A program made the position numbers and the translations under genes. A stretch of DNA of 49,661 nucleotides from IMG/VR virus record IMGVR_UViG_3300022747_000006, positions 1 to 49,661 of that record. One strand, written 5' to 3'. This stretch comes from a virus. Position 1 is the stretch's first letter; each line of letters begins with the position of its first letter. The notes beneath the pieces are model-generated. The model did no database searches, was not told where the DNA came from, and was given only the letters and a program-made list of their open reading frames with translations. Below, piece after piece: positions 9,501-17,735 of the stretch.

Positions 9501-11173
9501 ACTGGAGTGAGCTAGCTCTTGCAGCAAAAGATGTCAACCAAGTGTTACGTGATGGCGATGTGGTGGGTAAACAAAGCAATGCTATCACTCTGTCTGAACG
9601 CTATATGCAGAATGCTTTGGGTTTGAATCCTAGTAAGATTGGTAATGCTTTTACTAATTTTATGAACACTGCTTTTAGTTCTGCGGGTATCGGTCCTTCT
9701 ATTCCGAAACAGGGTATGGAATTGGCACGTTCTGGTGCTAACACGATGCTGCTGTCTTTGAATCCCGCTTTCTTGGGCATTCAGCTAATCCAGTCTCCTG
9801 CCGTGCTTCCAGGTATCACTGCTATGTTGCGTGGCCTGGGCGCTGCTCCTAAAGGAACTGCTCTTACCTTTGGCTTTAACCATGCGGCTAATGCTATGGT
9901 GGCTTTGGGTAAGTATGTTACAGGCAAAGGTAGCTTGTCTGCCATTGAGCGTGGTGCTTTGGACTATGCAACAAAGAATCACATCTATGCAACTGATTTG
10001 GTGGAACACACCAATCAAACACAAAAAGGCGTGGCATATTATACATCGAAGATTACACAAACTCCTGCAGCTAAAATTGAAGCAGGAACTCGTGCTCACA
10101 TGTTCATGACTCTTGTAGACATGATGCATGAAGCAGGTGTTAAACCTAAAGATGGTTTGTACGAACAAGCACAGCGCTTCACCGACATGGCCATGAACCA
10201 TTATGGTAGCATTGAGAAGCCACAAATGTATAATGCCCTGGGCCCATTGGGCAGTATGGCATATAACCTACGTAGTTTCGGTCACAATGAAATCAGTCGC
10301 TGGGCTTTGTATGCGCGGGAACTATCCCAAACAGGCAATAAAGCTCCTCTGCTCACACAGATGGCCTCTACCATTGCTTTGGCTGGGGTTATGGGTTTGC
10401 CACTCTTCTCTGAATGGGAATTTATCTATGACTTCATTACCAAGAAACTTGGTAAACCACGTTCTTTGGCATTGGATGTTATGACAGCTTCTGAGAAAGT
10501 TGGACAGGCTTTGGGTCCCAATGGTGCCTATGCTTTGTCGAATGGTCTGCCTTCTCTGCTTGGTACTGACTTGTCTAAGCGTACAGGCTTGGGCGATGTG
10601 CTTCCTAGCTCTGCTGCTGATGCGGCATTTGCTGGTGGCCTTAAATTGGGTCAAATGGCTAAAGCTGGCTATCAGTTGGCTACCAATCCTAGTGAAGAGA
10701 CAGCAAAAGCTGCTGCCATTAACTTTGCTCCTCCCATTGCACAAGGTCCTTTGGATCTTGCATGGTATCAGAAGGGCAATCTGGCATATAGCAAAGACCC
10801 AGAGAATCTCCGTCCAATGGCACAACGCAATGATGCAGATGTGTTGTTCAAGAAGATTGGTTTGATGGGCATTAACGAATCTGCCCAAAAGCAGAAGGAC
10901 TATCAACAAACTCAGTTGGACAAGGCTTATCAGGAATATCGTACAACAGCAATGCACACCATTGCACAGGACTTCTTCCGTAACCGTCCCATTGAACAGA
11001 AGACCATTGATCGTTACTTTGCAACAGGCCAGGGTGATCCTTCGACATTCATGCGTGATTTGGAACAGTTGGCAGTTCAACAGAACATGTCTCCTGAACA
11101 ATTTGCTCTGCTACGTCAGTCGGCTACACAGCAAATTCCTCAACTTCAAAGTCTCATTCGGAGAACACAATAA
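6554..11173 (+). CDS. Giant internal virion / DNA-ejection protein with an embedded ART-like module
   Basis: Uninterrupted 1539-aa ORF, by far the largest gene, at the position of T7 gp16-type ejected proteins. Contains hydrophobic helices in the C-terminal half and the module described at 8040..8445. Confidence 0.65.
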   Translation: MPTFSYKGYDFEVAHQPTAEEFAQMSAYVDTLPPKETKAKLNPDELFHELSQKGKNWTAGLQGAAETGLSLATGAAAMPGGAIASGLSQLTQNPFGVEQGMEALTYEPRTELGKEFTNKAGEAISRYVVPAAVAVQGLPYANTLAPAAEALAGSLKRAGKATPKAVAKEPVKGLSTALDELSGKTPEVVDPMAEFYKQQAQEKQQQAIAQQQRAGEQPITVDTQGRASTLGATGPLEPVSPMESMARQLGAEPASPEATPMSRMASDLTAERSTPEQRAVQERIDARNAAQEAELRQQMALDINAERYRNRENAPTGYAEHVQGEEQRAHDLRVQRDSEMAQRAGQGEQANLWEPHTNMARPYTEVFAQEQGKVRPFSFNEFKTTLDNLAKEPGTAFKMPEDLKAAYHEYLAHPEHGQQDLFGAHTVEQKPSHVPYGELSPQKRGAMTKQAKNGKTISDAMLERMRIEELSGKDGITKMNAMMPDDFLKKFPGFSASKLRDPSGQLRVMYHGTSKDKIFQEVKAGNRGAWLTGDPTSASEYAKQNDSQKLVYENGRYNEVNTASRVMPVYVNLKNPYTLSASDTAAYRTAKSYAKFQKDLTDRVKREGYDGIDWGYDVYTVFDGSQIKSAIAPETKTPKIIEMRSGFTAEDMHLSQLLHKFGGPSPMNNIPGIGDRLKSIGNARIETPELAIKLAKEVPDVSQNAAQRAINYLTKGGIYLKAKLNNPVVHFTVDRFIKAEGLAKAEISQKLHGEYLTTLRDLSKQEYKTAFELLNVADLYKKELTPEFLTEHTISPKVQEFIQLHQSMMKKALDKINQVREAAGKKPIQARVAYSAMNMTGDFRKVVRKDGEVVGVIGANSKTIGKNSLSKLETSLKQKDPTLEFGPLQDMSAVNRSNKGTPHEAFLDALNILGEDNPNIAQFLDTLKEVAKDDPNNYMGMQKHTMQKKGVFGMEGRKPWMTTEENATAFFENQVKYLESSFNWSELALAAKDVNQVLRDGDVVGKQSNAITLSERYMQNALGLNPSKIGNAFTNFMNTAFSSAGIGPSIPKQGMELARSGANTMLLSLNPAFLGIQLIQSPAVLPGITAMLRGLGAAPKGTALTFGFNHAANAMVALGKYVTGKGSLSAIERGALDYATKNHIYATDLVEHTNQTQKGVAYYTSKITQTPAAKIEAGTRAHMFMTLVDMMHEAGVKPKDGLYEQAQRFTDMAMNHYGSIEKPQMYNALGPLGSMAYNLRSFGHNEISRWALYARELSQTGNKAPLLTQMASTIALAGVMGLPLFSEWEFIYDFITKKLGKPRSLALDVMTASEKVGQALGPNGAYALSNGLPSLLGTDLSKRTGLGDVLPSSAADAAFAGGLKLGQMAKAGYQLATNPSEETAKAAAINFAPPIAQGPLDLAWYQKGNLAYSKDPENLRPMAQRNDADVLFKKIGLMGINESAQKQKDYQQTQLDKAYQEYRTTAMHTIAQDFFRNRPIEQKTIDRYFATGQGDPSTFMRDLEQLAVQQNMSPEQFALLRQSATQQIPQLQSLIRRTQ
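8040..8445 (+). other. ADP-ribosyltransferase-like (polyvalent-protein type) domain region inside the giant protein
   Basis: Peptide LRDPSGQLRVMYHGTSKDKIFQEVKAG...GAWLTGDPTSASEYA...VMPVYVNLKNPY...REGYDGIDWGYDVYTVFDGSQIKS recalls the YHGT / S.A..YA / GYDGI...VF...QIK pattern of ART-PolyVal modules. Recognised by eye only. Confidence 0.4.
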
Positions 11174-11664
11174 TGAACGACTCTCTTGCTGAACTATTTA
11201 AACGTGCGGGAGTAACCGAGGACGATCCTCTACAACTCCTAAAGGTTTTACAACAGCAGGGGGTTGTTCCTTCTGTTAAGTGGAATCCAGAGTTGCCAAT
11301 GCAATACATGGGAGCTTATGTTCCTAGTAAAAACATGATGGAGTTTGATCCTAATGTTCCTCCTAATAGGGGCACAGCTGTTCATGAAACTCAGCATGCT
11401 CTGGATGAAGCTATTCGTAGGTCTGCTCCAATGTTTGGTTCTTCCCAATTGAATGATGCTTATCAGAAACTGAATCAGCCTCCTGCTTTGCGTACGTACT
11501 ACCGAGAAGAAGATCGAGCTTCTCCAGAAGAACGCCGTGCATATGGCCTATCTAATATGCTATATCCCAAAGAAGCTAAACGCCCTGATAGGGCACATAT
11601 GGATGCTACAATGGCTTCTGAGGCAGCAATTTTACGTGAACTATTTAGTAGGAAATCTAAATGA
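11173..11664 (+). CDS. HExxH zincin-like metallopeptidase candidate
   Basis: 163 aa containing GTAVHETQHALDEA (HExxH). The ATG overlaps the stop of the giant protein (TAATG). Confidence 0.4.
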   Translation: MNDSLAELFKRAGVTEDDPLQLLKVLQQQGVVPSVKWNPELPMQYMGAYVPSKNMMEFDPNVPPNRGTAVHETQHALDEAIRRSAPMFGSSQLNDAYQKLNQPPALRTYYREEDRASPEERRAYGLSNMLYPKEAKRPDRAHMDATMASEAAILRELFSRKSK

Positions 11665-12032
11665 CTCTTAATGTTCGCTCTGAAAAAAACCTTGCTGGGG
11701 TACACCCTGACTTGGTTAAGGTAGTTCGCAAGACTGCTGAAACCATGCAATTTGTTGTGACGGAAGGACTGCGTACAGCGGAACGACAGAAACAACTAGT
11801 TGCTGCAGGAGCATCCCAGACGCAAAAAAGCCGCCATCTAACAGGACATGCTGTCGATTTGGCGGCTCTTGTAGGTGATGAAATTAGATGGGACTGGCCT
11901 CTGTATAAGAAGCTGTCCGATGGGATGAAAGAGGCTGCTAAACAGCTTTCTATTCCCATTGAATGGGGCGGTGATTGGACTACCCTAAAAGATGGTCCAC
12001 ATTTCCAGCTCCCTTGGAAACAATATCCATAA
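11661..12032 (+). CDS. Endolysin, peptidase M15 (L-alanyl-D-glutamate / VanY-like) family
   Basis: 123 aa with SRHLTGHAVDL and DGPHFQL, the H..H.D...H zinc-ligand pattern of M15 peptidoglycan peptidases. Last gene of the plus-strand arm. Confidence 0.75.
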   Translation: MTLNVRSEKNLAGVHPDLVKVVRKTAETMQFVVTEGLRTAERQKQLVAAGASQTQKSRHLTGHAVDLAALVGDEIRWDWPLYKKLSDGMKEAAKQLSIPIEWGGDWTTLKDGPHFQLPWKQYP

Positions 12033-12037
12033 CGCAA

Positions 12038-12072
12038 AAAGCCCCCATATCCTTCACAGGACTGGGGGCTTT
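12038..12072. terminator. Bidirectional rho-independent terminator at the convergence of the two arms
   Basis: 10-bp stem (aaagccccca / tgggggcttt), 15-nt loop, followed by TTCTTTTG on the plus strand and flanked by an A-run giving a U-run on the minus-strand transcript. It lies between the last plus-strand and last minus-strand genes. Confidence 0.7.
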
Positions 12073-12082
12073 CTTTTGCCTG

Positions 12083-12226
12083 TTACTCAGGCTTTAGGGA
12101 AATAAACATAATACGGAAGATACCCAAGTGGATAGCTACCAACCAGTTATACTCATCATCTTCTTGACCAGTGTCATGCTCAAGACCAAAGGTTAAACCA
12201 GTAATAAATTCACCTGCAATTAGCAT
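12083..12226 (-). CDS. Small hypothetical protein (47 aa, below the ORF-track cutoff)
   Basis: ATG at 12226 preceded by AAGGA (TAAGAAGGAACAATATG) directly after the RNR stop. Peptide MLIAGEFITGLTFGLEHDTGQEDDEYNWLVAIHLGIFRIMFISLKPE. Stop is just before the terminator. Confidence 0.3.
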   Translation of the reverse strand: MLIAGEFITGLTFGLEHDTGQEDDEYNWLVAIHLGIFRIMFISLKPE

Positions 12227-12237
12227 ATTGTTCCTTC

Positions 12238-14148
12238 TTAACGAATGGGGCAAGCGCCTGTAGCACAGTCATCATCCAAACCAATGTTGGCTTCTGAGAT
12301 AGCTGTAATGGTTGTTGTATTTGCAACCAAGGCATTATACTGTTCTTCTGTAATCTCTTCCAGAGGAGCCTGCTTAAAGCCATGGTCATTGTGCAACAAG
12401 AATGACAAACTCTTGTGATTGTTCTTGTAGTTCTTCTTGAGATACTTACGAATCTCTGGAAGCTCTTCCTTGCGATAATACACAGTACAACTCACACTAT
12501 TATCACTCCACACTTCCTGCAACCACTTAACTGTTTCCAGTTGCTGGATTGCTGTAACATCCTTTGCCAAGACAGCATGGTCAGGATGACGGAATGGGAA
12601 GCTAACAACCACTGTACCAAAGTCTTCACTACCATCGAAGTTCTGTTGATATTCAACATGGTAGCCATGATCTTTACAGACTTGAACCAATGGGTGGTTA
12701 CTGCTGATACGAATACGACGAATCATATATCGAGCATAGGCAGGATGGCAACCTGGAGTAACACCGGGCAACAGACTAAGTGTACCAGAAGGCTTCACGG
12801 TTGTCAGTTTAATACTAGGGTTAAAGCCATTAGCCTTGCTATACTCAACGTCATAGGCACGAAGGGCCACATAACATTCATCCAACCAAGCTTTCTGCTC
12901 TTCCGTTGCTTGCAACACACCTGTCACACCAATACCCATACGCATGTTTTCATGCACAATGGTTTCAGTAATTTTCTGGTGACATGGCAAAGCCAAGGAG
13001 TGTTTGTTTACACGATAGAGGAGTTTGGCAACATCAAAAAGTTCAGCTTTACTTTCAATGTTTGGTAGGAAGATTTCGGCGAGACAACAGGTTTCTCCGT
13101 CTGCCAAAGATTGTTCAGCACATGGGTTATATCCTTGAACCTGTGGATCTGGGTACTGGGTTTCACCAAGTCGTCCCACTTTGCGAGAAAGTTTGAGATT
13201 GATAAGTCCGTAAGGCTCACCTTTGCCTTCGTATCCATCCCAGAAGAAATCATGCAAATCTCCAATGTCATGACATACGACGCTGTTGTTCGACATAGCT
13301 CGCCAGCTTGGAATGTTTCCCAAGTCCCATCGTTTAGCAAGTAGATATTCGACGTCATCTGCATCTCCAATAGCAATCTGTGCACTGCGGCGCACATTAC
13401 CTGCCACAACAACAGCACCAATGATGTTCATAATGTCAAGAGCATCAATGGGACGGATTTGCTTTCCAGCACGCTTCTCCAAGATGTTACTGATCTGAGC
13501 AATCCCCCAAACCAAATCCTCTGGACCACTTGCTGTACCACCAAAGCCCTTAATAGGAGCCCCTTTAGAGCGAATAAGCTGTGTGGAGTAGGAGAAGGTT
13601 TGCTTACCGCTAGAATGGGCCAGGAAGGCTGCTTTAAGCGTTTTACCAAGCAATGCTACCCAACCTTCACGGCTGTCTGGAACAATGAAGTCTGCACCAG
13701 CATCATTAACACGAGTAGGAGCTTTAAAGTTCAGATTGACAGGAGGAAGTTTCTTAACATTCTCTTGCTGGATGTTATAGCCAACACCACTACCAAGCAT
13801 CAGCATGTCCATAGCCCATGTAAAAGGCTCAACAGGCTTATCTACAGTACGGAATGCACAGTTTTGCAAACTGGACAAACCAAGTTGGTTCACTGTTTCT
13901 GTACCTAGTTGCCACCAGAATCGTCCTGCAACACTTCCCTTCAACCCAAGCAAGTAGTTACGCAAACGTTCTGTTTCCTCATTGGTAAAGTTACAATGCA
14001 GTTGAGTGTCTGTGGCTTTAATGACACGTTCCACTGTGTCAGGAAATTCCTCTGTTGGACTAGTGATATCATCCTCATTCAAACGACGGGCATAAGTACG
14101 TTTGTATGTTAGATACCCAACAGAAGACCATGGAGTTGTTGTAGTCAT
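12238..14148 (-). CDS. nrdJ: Ribonucleotide reductase, class II (adenosylcobalamin-dependent, monomeric RTPR-like)
   Basis: 636 aa with the N-terminal YLTYKRTYARR...E.FPDTVERV signature, active-site GYNPCAEQSL...ETCCLAEIFL and a C-terminal redox pair DDCATGACPI. No nrdB-like (ferritin-like) gene is present anywhere in the genome. Confidence 0.8.
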   Translation of the reverse strand: MTTTTPWSSVGYLTYKRTYARRLNEDDITSPTEEFPDTVERVIKATDTQLHCNFTNEETERLRNYLLGLKGSVAGRFWWQLGTETVNQLGLSSLQNCAFRTVDKPVEPFTWAMDMLMLGSGVGYNIQQENVKKLPPVNLNFKAPTRVNDAGADFIVPDSREGWVALLGKTLKAAFLAHSSGKQTFSYSTQLIRSKGAPIKGFGGTASGPEDLVWGIAQISNILEKRAGKQIRPIDALDIMNIIGAVVVAGNVRRSAQIAIGDADDVEYLLAKRWDLGNIPSWRAMSNNSVVCHDIGDLHDFFWDGYEGKGEPYGLINLKLSRKVGRLGETQYPDPQVQGYNPCAEQSLADGETCCLAEIFLPNIESKAELFDVAKLLYRVNKHSLALPCHQKITETIVHENMRMGIGVTGVLQATEEQKAWLDECYVALRAYDVEYSKANGFNPSIKLTTVKPSGTLSLLPGVTPGCHPAYARYMIRRIRISSNHPLVQVCKDHGYHVEYQQNFDGSEDFGTVVVSFPFRHPDHAVLAKDVTAIQQLETVKWLQEVWSDNSVSCTVYYRKEELPEIRKYLKKNYKNNHKSLSFLLHNDHGFKQAPLEEITEEQYNALVANTTTITAISEANIGLDDDCATGACPIR

Positions 14149-14333
14149 ATTTTCCTAATAGTTACAGGAGGCTGGTTAGCGCCTCCTTGCTGTTCATAAA
14201 GTTTACGTTGTTTGTCTCTCTCTACAAGACACAATTCACATTGTCCTTTCCTCATCCACATCCGGTGCTTCTGGCACCTCTGAGGTTGGAATGTAGGAAT
14301 AGGTGCGGATTTCTCGCTCTGCGGCTCGTTCAT
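14145..14333 (-). CDS. Hypothetical small protein
   Basis: 62-aa ORF whose stop overlaps the RNR start (ATGA). Cys pairs are present (QRCQKH...CELC). Confidence 0.4.
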   Translation of the reverse strand: MNEPQSEKSAPIPTFQPQRCQKHRMWMRKGQCELCLVERDKQRKLYEQQGGANQPPVTIRKI

Positions 14334-14408
14334 CTAGTTTCCGTTCAAGGTATTTCTTTTTGTAATGTTGTTTTTCAACAGACTCATAGTGATTGTGCGT
14401 AGATTTTT

Positions 14409-14558
14409 TCATTCCGTAGCTTCAATAAACTCATCCATATTTGCAGAAATATCATCGTCAAACAGATCAATAATATCTACAAGTTCGTATCCAAGAATAT
14501 CCATGAATTCTAGAATATCTAGTTTGTGAATAATAAGTTCTTTCAACTCACCGAGCAT
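14409..14558 (-). CDS. Small acidic hypothetical protein
   Basis: The track ORF is 14409..14609. The ATG at 14558 (MLGELKEL...) lies 8 nt before the MazG stop, which gives the more plausible coupled start. Very acidic C-terminus (DLFDDDISANMDEFIEATE). Confidence 0.35.
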   Translation of the reverse strand: MLGELKELIIHKLDILEFMDILGYELVDIIDLFDDDISANMDEFIEATE

Positions 14559-14874
14559 CACCAGTACCTTTGAGGACATTGCGCTCCTTTCGATCTGTGA
14601 GCTTTTCAATATTCATCACAGCAACTTCTTCCAATGTCATGTTAAGTTCTTTAGCTGCACGAGCCAATTGCCACAAAACATCTCCCAGTTCTTTAGCAGC
14701 AAGTGCTGTTTCAAATATTCCATCTCGAATGAACTTTGCAATCTTACCCGCATACTCGCCTGCTTCTTCCGCAAGACCCAATGCAGTATATGTCATAGCT
14801 TCTCGATTGCCTGTTCCAGCACCTGGATAAATAGCAAACTTTTCAATTGCTTTCTGATATTCATTTAGTTGCAA
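14548..14874 (-). CDS. mazG: MazG-like nucleoside triphosphate pyrophosphohydrolase
   Basis: 108 aa with LGLAEEAGEYAGK (EExGE) and ELGDVLWQL..., typical of the all-alpha MazG fold. Confidence 0.8.
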   Translation of the reverse strand: MQLNEYQKAIEKFAIYPGAGTGNREAMTYTALGLAEEAGEYAGKIAKFIRDGIFETALAAKELGDVLWQLARAAKELNMTLEEVAVMNIEKLTDRKERNVLKGTGDAR

Positions 14875-15490
14875 GGCTTGGCAACTCCTTCATAATAATT
14901 ATTTTGATTTGTTCTGCAATGTCCCGATGTTCTTTCTGTGTAGACACATGGGTACGAACATCCAAGTAGTGCAACCAACTGCGAATAGTTCCAGACATAT
15001 ACATCCGACTCATTGTGTTGCCTTCTGGTAGAACAGCACGAGCCTGTTCTTTAGCAATACCTTCGGCAAGAGCCCAGTTATATACCTTCAATGCATGGTC
15101 GATTACGTCCTGTTGAGCACGTTCCCACATATCAGCACGCTCACGATCTTCGTTCAGGATAGAGTTCTGACGATTCTTTGTATCCTGTAGACGAGCTTCC
15201 CGTGTGTCAAACATTGTGGCAACAGCATATCGTTGGCTAAACTCTTGGAAAGAGAAGCTACGATGACGTAGGATTTGACGTGCAATATCTCGTGTTGTTT
15301 CAATTTCAATGCAAGCACTGGCCATCTCAAAAGGACTCCAGTGTTTATTATCCATCAAATACTTCAAGAGTTTTGGTGCTGTTTGTTGATTGTCTTGATT
15401 GGCTGGATTAGACACCCGAGCACAATAGGCAATTGTATTCTCCGCGTTGGGGGTAATCCAAATAAGTTTAGCTTTGCTCATATGCTCCAA
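14861..15490 (-). CDS. thyX: Flavin-dependent thymidylate synthase ThyX
   Basis: 209 aa carrying the ThyX signature RHRSFSFQEFSQRY (RHRxxSxxxxSxRY). Confidence 0.9.
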   Translation of the reverse strand: MEHMSKAKLIWITPNAENTIAYCARVSNPANQDNQQTAPKLLKYLMDNKHWSPFEMASACIEIETTRDIARQILRHRSFSFQEFSQRYAVATMFDTREARLQDTKNRQNSILNEDRERADMWERAQQDVIDHALKVYNWALAEGIAKEQARAVLPEGNTMSRMYMSGTIRSWLHYLDVRTHVSTQKEHRDIAEQIKIIIMKELPSLATK

Positions 15491-15749
15491 TCATCTTGTC
15501 TAAATACCAACGCATTTTCTTTAGGTCTTCCACTCCATTCTTTTCCATGAAGCGCATGCCATATTGCATAGCCTGTACATAGTCAGCGACAAACATTGGA
15601 GGTACATTCTTAGGAAGTTTTCCTGCCAAGCGTGTTAACACATCTCGTACTTCAATACCAAACTCATCAAACAACATGTAATGTTTTGGCTTAGTTACAG
15701 CATCGAATGGTAGCTGCTTATAGTCTTTCAAATCATGTTCATTTAGCAT
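15468..15749 (-). CDS. DUF3310-like protein
   Basis: 93 aa with KPKHY and QAMQYGMRFMEKNGVEDLKKMRWYL, matching the P.HY...KY..R...K.g.eDl.Ka.wYl pattern of that family. Confidence 0.55.
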   Translation of the reverse strand: MLNEHDLKDYKQLPFDAVTKPKHYMLFDEFGIEVRDVLTRLAGKLPKNVPPMFVADYVQAMQYGMRFMEKNGVEDLKKMRWYLDKMIGAYEQS

Positions 15750-16506
15750 ATTTCTTCTTTACAAAATCCAAACTAACACTCATCAAATCAAATTCCCCAT
15801 CCTTAACTTCATGCAATACCAAGAAACCACGCCAGTGATTATTACCTTGCTGAGACATATAGTCTTCGTTATGCTCATAACAAGATCCTGCAATTACTGA
15901 GGTGAGTCGTTTACCGTCGGCTTTATAGCTTGTAGCAATTTGTAGGCCCTGTTGGTGGCCTTGTATAGTAGACATGTGCTTCTTAGAGAGACAAGCTGCA
16001 GCAGTAGTGACAGGCCGACCCATAAGGCCAGTGGTAAAGTAATGAGAATAAGCAACGCCATCAATAACAATGACGTCAAGAAATGGAACCACGTTCCAAC
16101 CGTAGGCTTCATAGCCCAAAGCATCGAGTGTAAGTACGCCTTCCAACTTCGGGTCATCGTTTACCGCCCTTGTAATTCTGTTTTCATGATTCCCCAGTGT
16201 CAAGACCATCTTTGGTCGGTAGAGTTTCTCTTTATTTCGTTTGGCTTTCTCATTAAATTGATGCAAAGGGCCAAGGAGCATGCCCATCGCGTCATGGCTA
16301 GCCTCAATGTCTTTAACATATCGTTTGCCCTCAAAACTTTTCTTACCAACATCATAGCTGGAAAGACTTGGCATGTCTGCAAAGTCTCCCAAACAAATGA
16401 TTGTGTCAGGTTTCTTTGCGACAATGTAATTGCCAATGGTCTGCAAATAGCTGAAGTCAATGCCAGGTTTGGCCTGCACATCAGGAATTACAAGGTGAGT
16501 TGTCAC
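15739..16506 (-). CDS. Calcineurin-like metallophosphoesterase
   Basis: 255 aa with a GTG start. Motifs LVIPDVQ, LGDFADM and LGNHENR (D.H / GD / GNHE). Confidence 0.75.
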   Translation of the reverse strand: MTTHLVIPDVQAKPGIDFSYLQTIGNYIVAKKPDTIICLGDFADMPSLSSYDVGKKSFEGKRYVKDIEASHDAMGMLLGPLHQFNEKAKRNKEKLYRPKMVLTLGNHENRITRAVNDDPKLEGVLTLDALGYEAYGWNVVPFLDVIVIDGVAYSHYFTTGLMGRPVTTAAACLSKKHMSTIQGHQQGLQIATSYKADGKRLTSVIAGSCYEHNEDYMSQQGNNHWRGFLVLHEVKDGEFDLMSVSLDFVKKKYAK

Positions 16507-16682
16507 TGAATGGTGTCCTTTTGATCTTCTGTAACATCTTTAGAAGCAGTGAATGGAATGGCTCCATTCTGAAGCAGGAAATTAAGGCCAATTTTAATGA
16601 CAAAATCCAGTTCTTTCTGCTCAAGTTCGCCTTCAAATTTCACTGTACCGTTTGGAGTTTCAATAGATTTATTTACTAGCAT
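16503..16682 (-). CDS. Small hypothetical protein (59 aa, below the ORF-track cutoff)
   Basis: Peptide MLVNKSIETPNGTVKFEGELEQKELDFVIKIGLNFLLQNGAIPFTASKDVTEDQKDTIQ. It fills an otherwise empty 160-bp gap. The ATG overlaps the HNH gene end and the TGA overlaps the GTG of the phosphoesterase gene (GTGA). Confidence 0.4.
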   Translation of the reverse strand: MLVNKSIETPNGTVKFEGELEQKELDFVIKIGLNFLLQNGAIPFTASKDVTEDQKDTIQ

Positions 16683-17052
16683 ACTTCTTTGCTATTTCCT
16701 TTTCTTTTTTCGTCTTAGTTAGGTGACATGTTTTGCACAATACTTGTAAATTATCTTCAGTGCAGAACAAGCGATTGATATAGTCATCCCAAGATTTAAA
16801 ACCTTTCTTGGGATCAATCACGGGTTTAATGTGATCTACTTCAACATCCTTAGACGTGAATTCTTCCTTACAGCCATTGCATTTGTAATGTTGTGCAATG
16901 CGTCCTGTCTTGACATTCACTTTCTTTTCTGTTTTAGCAGCATTTAATGTCTGATATTTTGGAGGCCAGCGTCTAGAGCCAGCCCGTAATGTAGATACAA
17001 TAAAACTTCTAATACGTCCTTCTGTCCACTGGGTCATGTAGGAAAGTTCCAA
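16669..17052 (-). CDS. HNH endonuclease
   Basis: 127 aa with CNGCKEEF...VEVDHIKPV...NLQVLCKTCHLTKT (CxxC...DH...N...CxxCH). Confidence 0.75.
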   Translation of the reverse strand: MELSYMTQWTEGRIRSFIVSTLRAGSRRWPPKYQTLNAAKTEKKVNVKTGRIAQHYKCNGCKEEFTSKDVEVDHIKPVIDPKKGFKSWDDYINRLFCTEDNLQVLCKTCHLTKTKKEKEIAKKYASK

Positions 17053-17735
17053 ACTTGTTCTGGTTCCCTACGAATCCACAGACAGCGGCCATTCATTAGA
17101 AGACGAGCATCATCATTGTACAGAGACTGAACAAGCCCAAACATGTCAAGCTCATCGTCATAACTTGCCAGCTCTTCAAAAACAGGTTCCAAGAATTTAG
17201 GAACTGACTGTCTTGCCTTGCCGTCAAAACCAAATATATTGTCAGTCCTATCGCCCATAAGGAGCTGCCAGTAGAAATGCCTAATAGCAGGTATGCTAAA
17301 CTGTTCACGTCGAATTCCTTTTACAAAATCATAATGTTCTCCAGGAATCATCAGCAAATCTTTGTCAATAGAACAAATGATTGTGTCCTTTGAACGCATT
17401 TGCTCGATGCCCAAGGCATCATCAGCTTCCTGTCCATCCTCTACGGTGGCTTTCCATTCCACAACCAAGTGCTCACGGCATTGTTGTAACCATTCTGGTC
17501 TTGGTACATCCTTACGATTGCCTTTGTAGTCTGGATTTACTTCATAACGAAAGTTATTAGAGCCTGTTAAATAAGCTTTGTAGCTATCAGATTCTGTTTC
17601 ATGTAGGATACGTTGCATCAAATCGTTTACACGCATTATAGCAACTTCTACAGGCTCTACAGTGATTCCTTTTTGTTGACAAGAAGCAGCAGACCTATAG
17701 CAAATAATATCCCCATCAATGAGGGCAGTTGTCAT
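17034..17735 (-). CDS. 5'-3' exonuclease (FEN / T7 gp6-like)
   Basis: 233 aa. N-terminal ALIDGDIICYRSAAS resembles the T7 gp6 segment MDGDWLVFQAMSAAE. Acidic clusters (EADDALG, SIDKDL) fit a PIN/FEN-like fold. Confidence 0.65.
   Translation of the reverse strand: MTTALIDGDIICYRSAASCQQKGITVEPVEVAIMRVNDLMQRILHETESDSYKAYLTGSNNFRYEVNPDYKGNRKDVPRPEWLQQCREHLVVEWKATVEDGQEADDALGIEQMRSKDTIICSIDKDLLMIPGEHYDFVKGIRREQFSIPAIRHFYWQLLMGDRTDNIFGFDGKARQSVPKFLEPVFEELASYDDELDMFGLVQSLYNDDARLLMNGRCLWIRREPEQVWNFPT

Noticed and set aside
10322-11101. 259-aa minus-strand ORF inside the 1539-aa gene (similar cases: 4778..5419, 39876..40541, 42707..43321, 45250..45804, 47563..48018, 48598..49122)
   Set aside because: All are antisense to long, well-supported structural genes. 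They are Cys/Ser/Thr-rich, lack RBS motifs, and would require transcription against the operon.
12415-13068. Plus-strand ORFs inside minus-strand replication and metabolism genes (also 13459..13908, 15952..16509, 24639..25196, 25721..26305, 28405..28986, 33084..33623)
   Set aside because: They are antisense to genes with clear catalytic motifs (RNR, phosphoesterase, primase, amidoligases). No RBS, and implausible composition.
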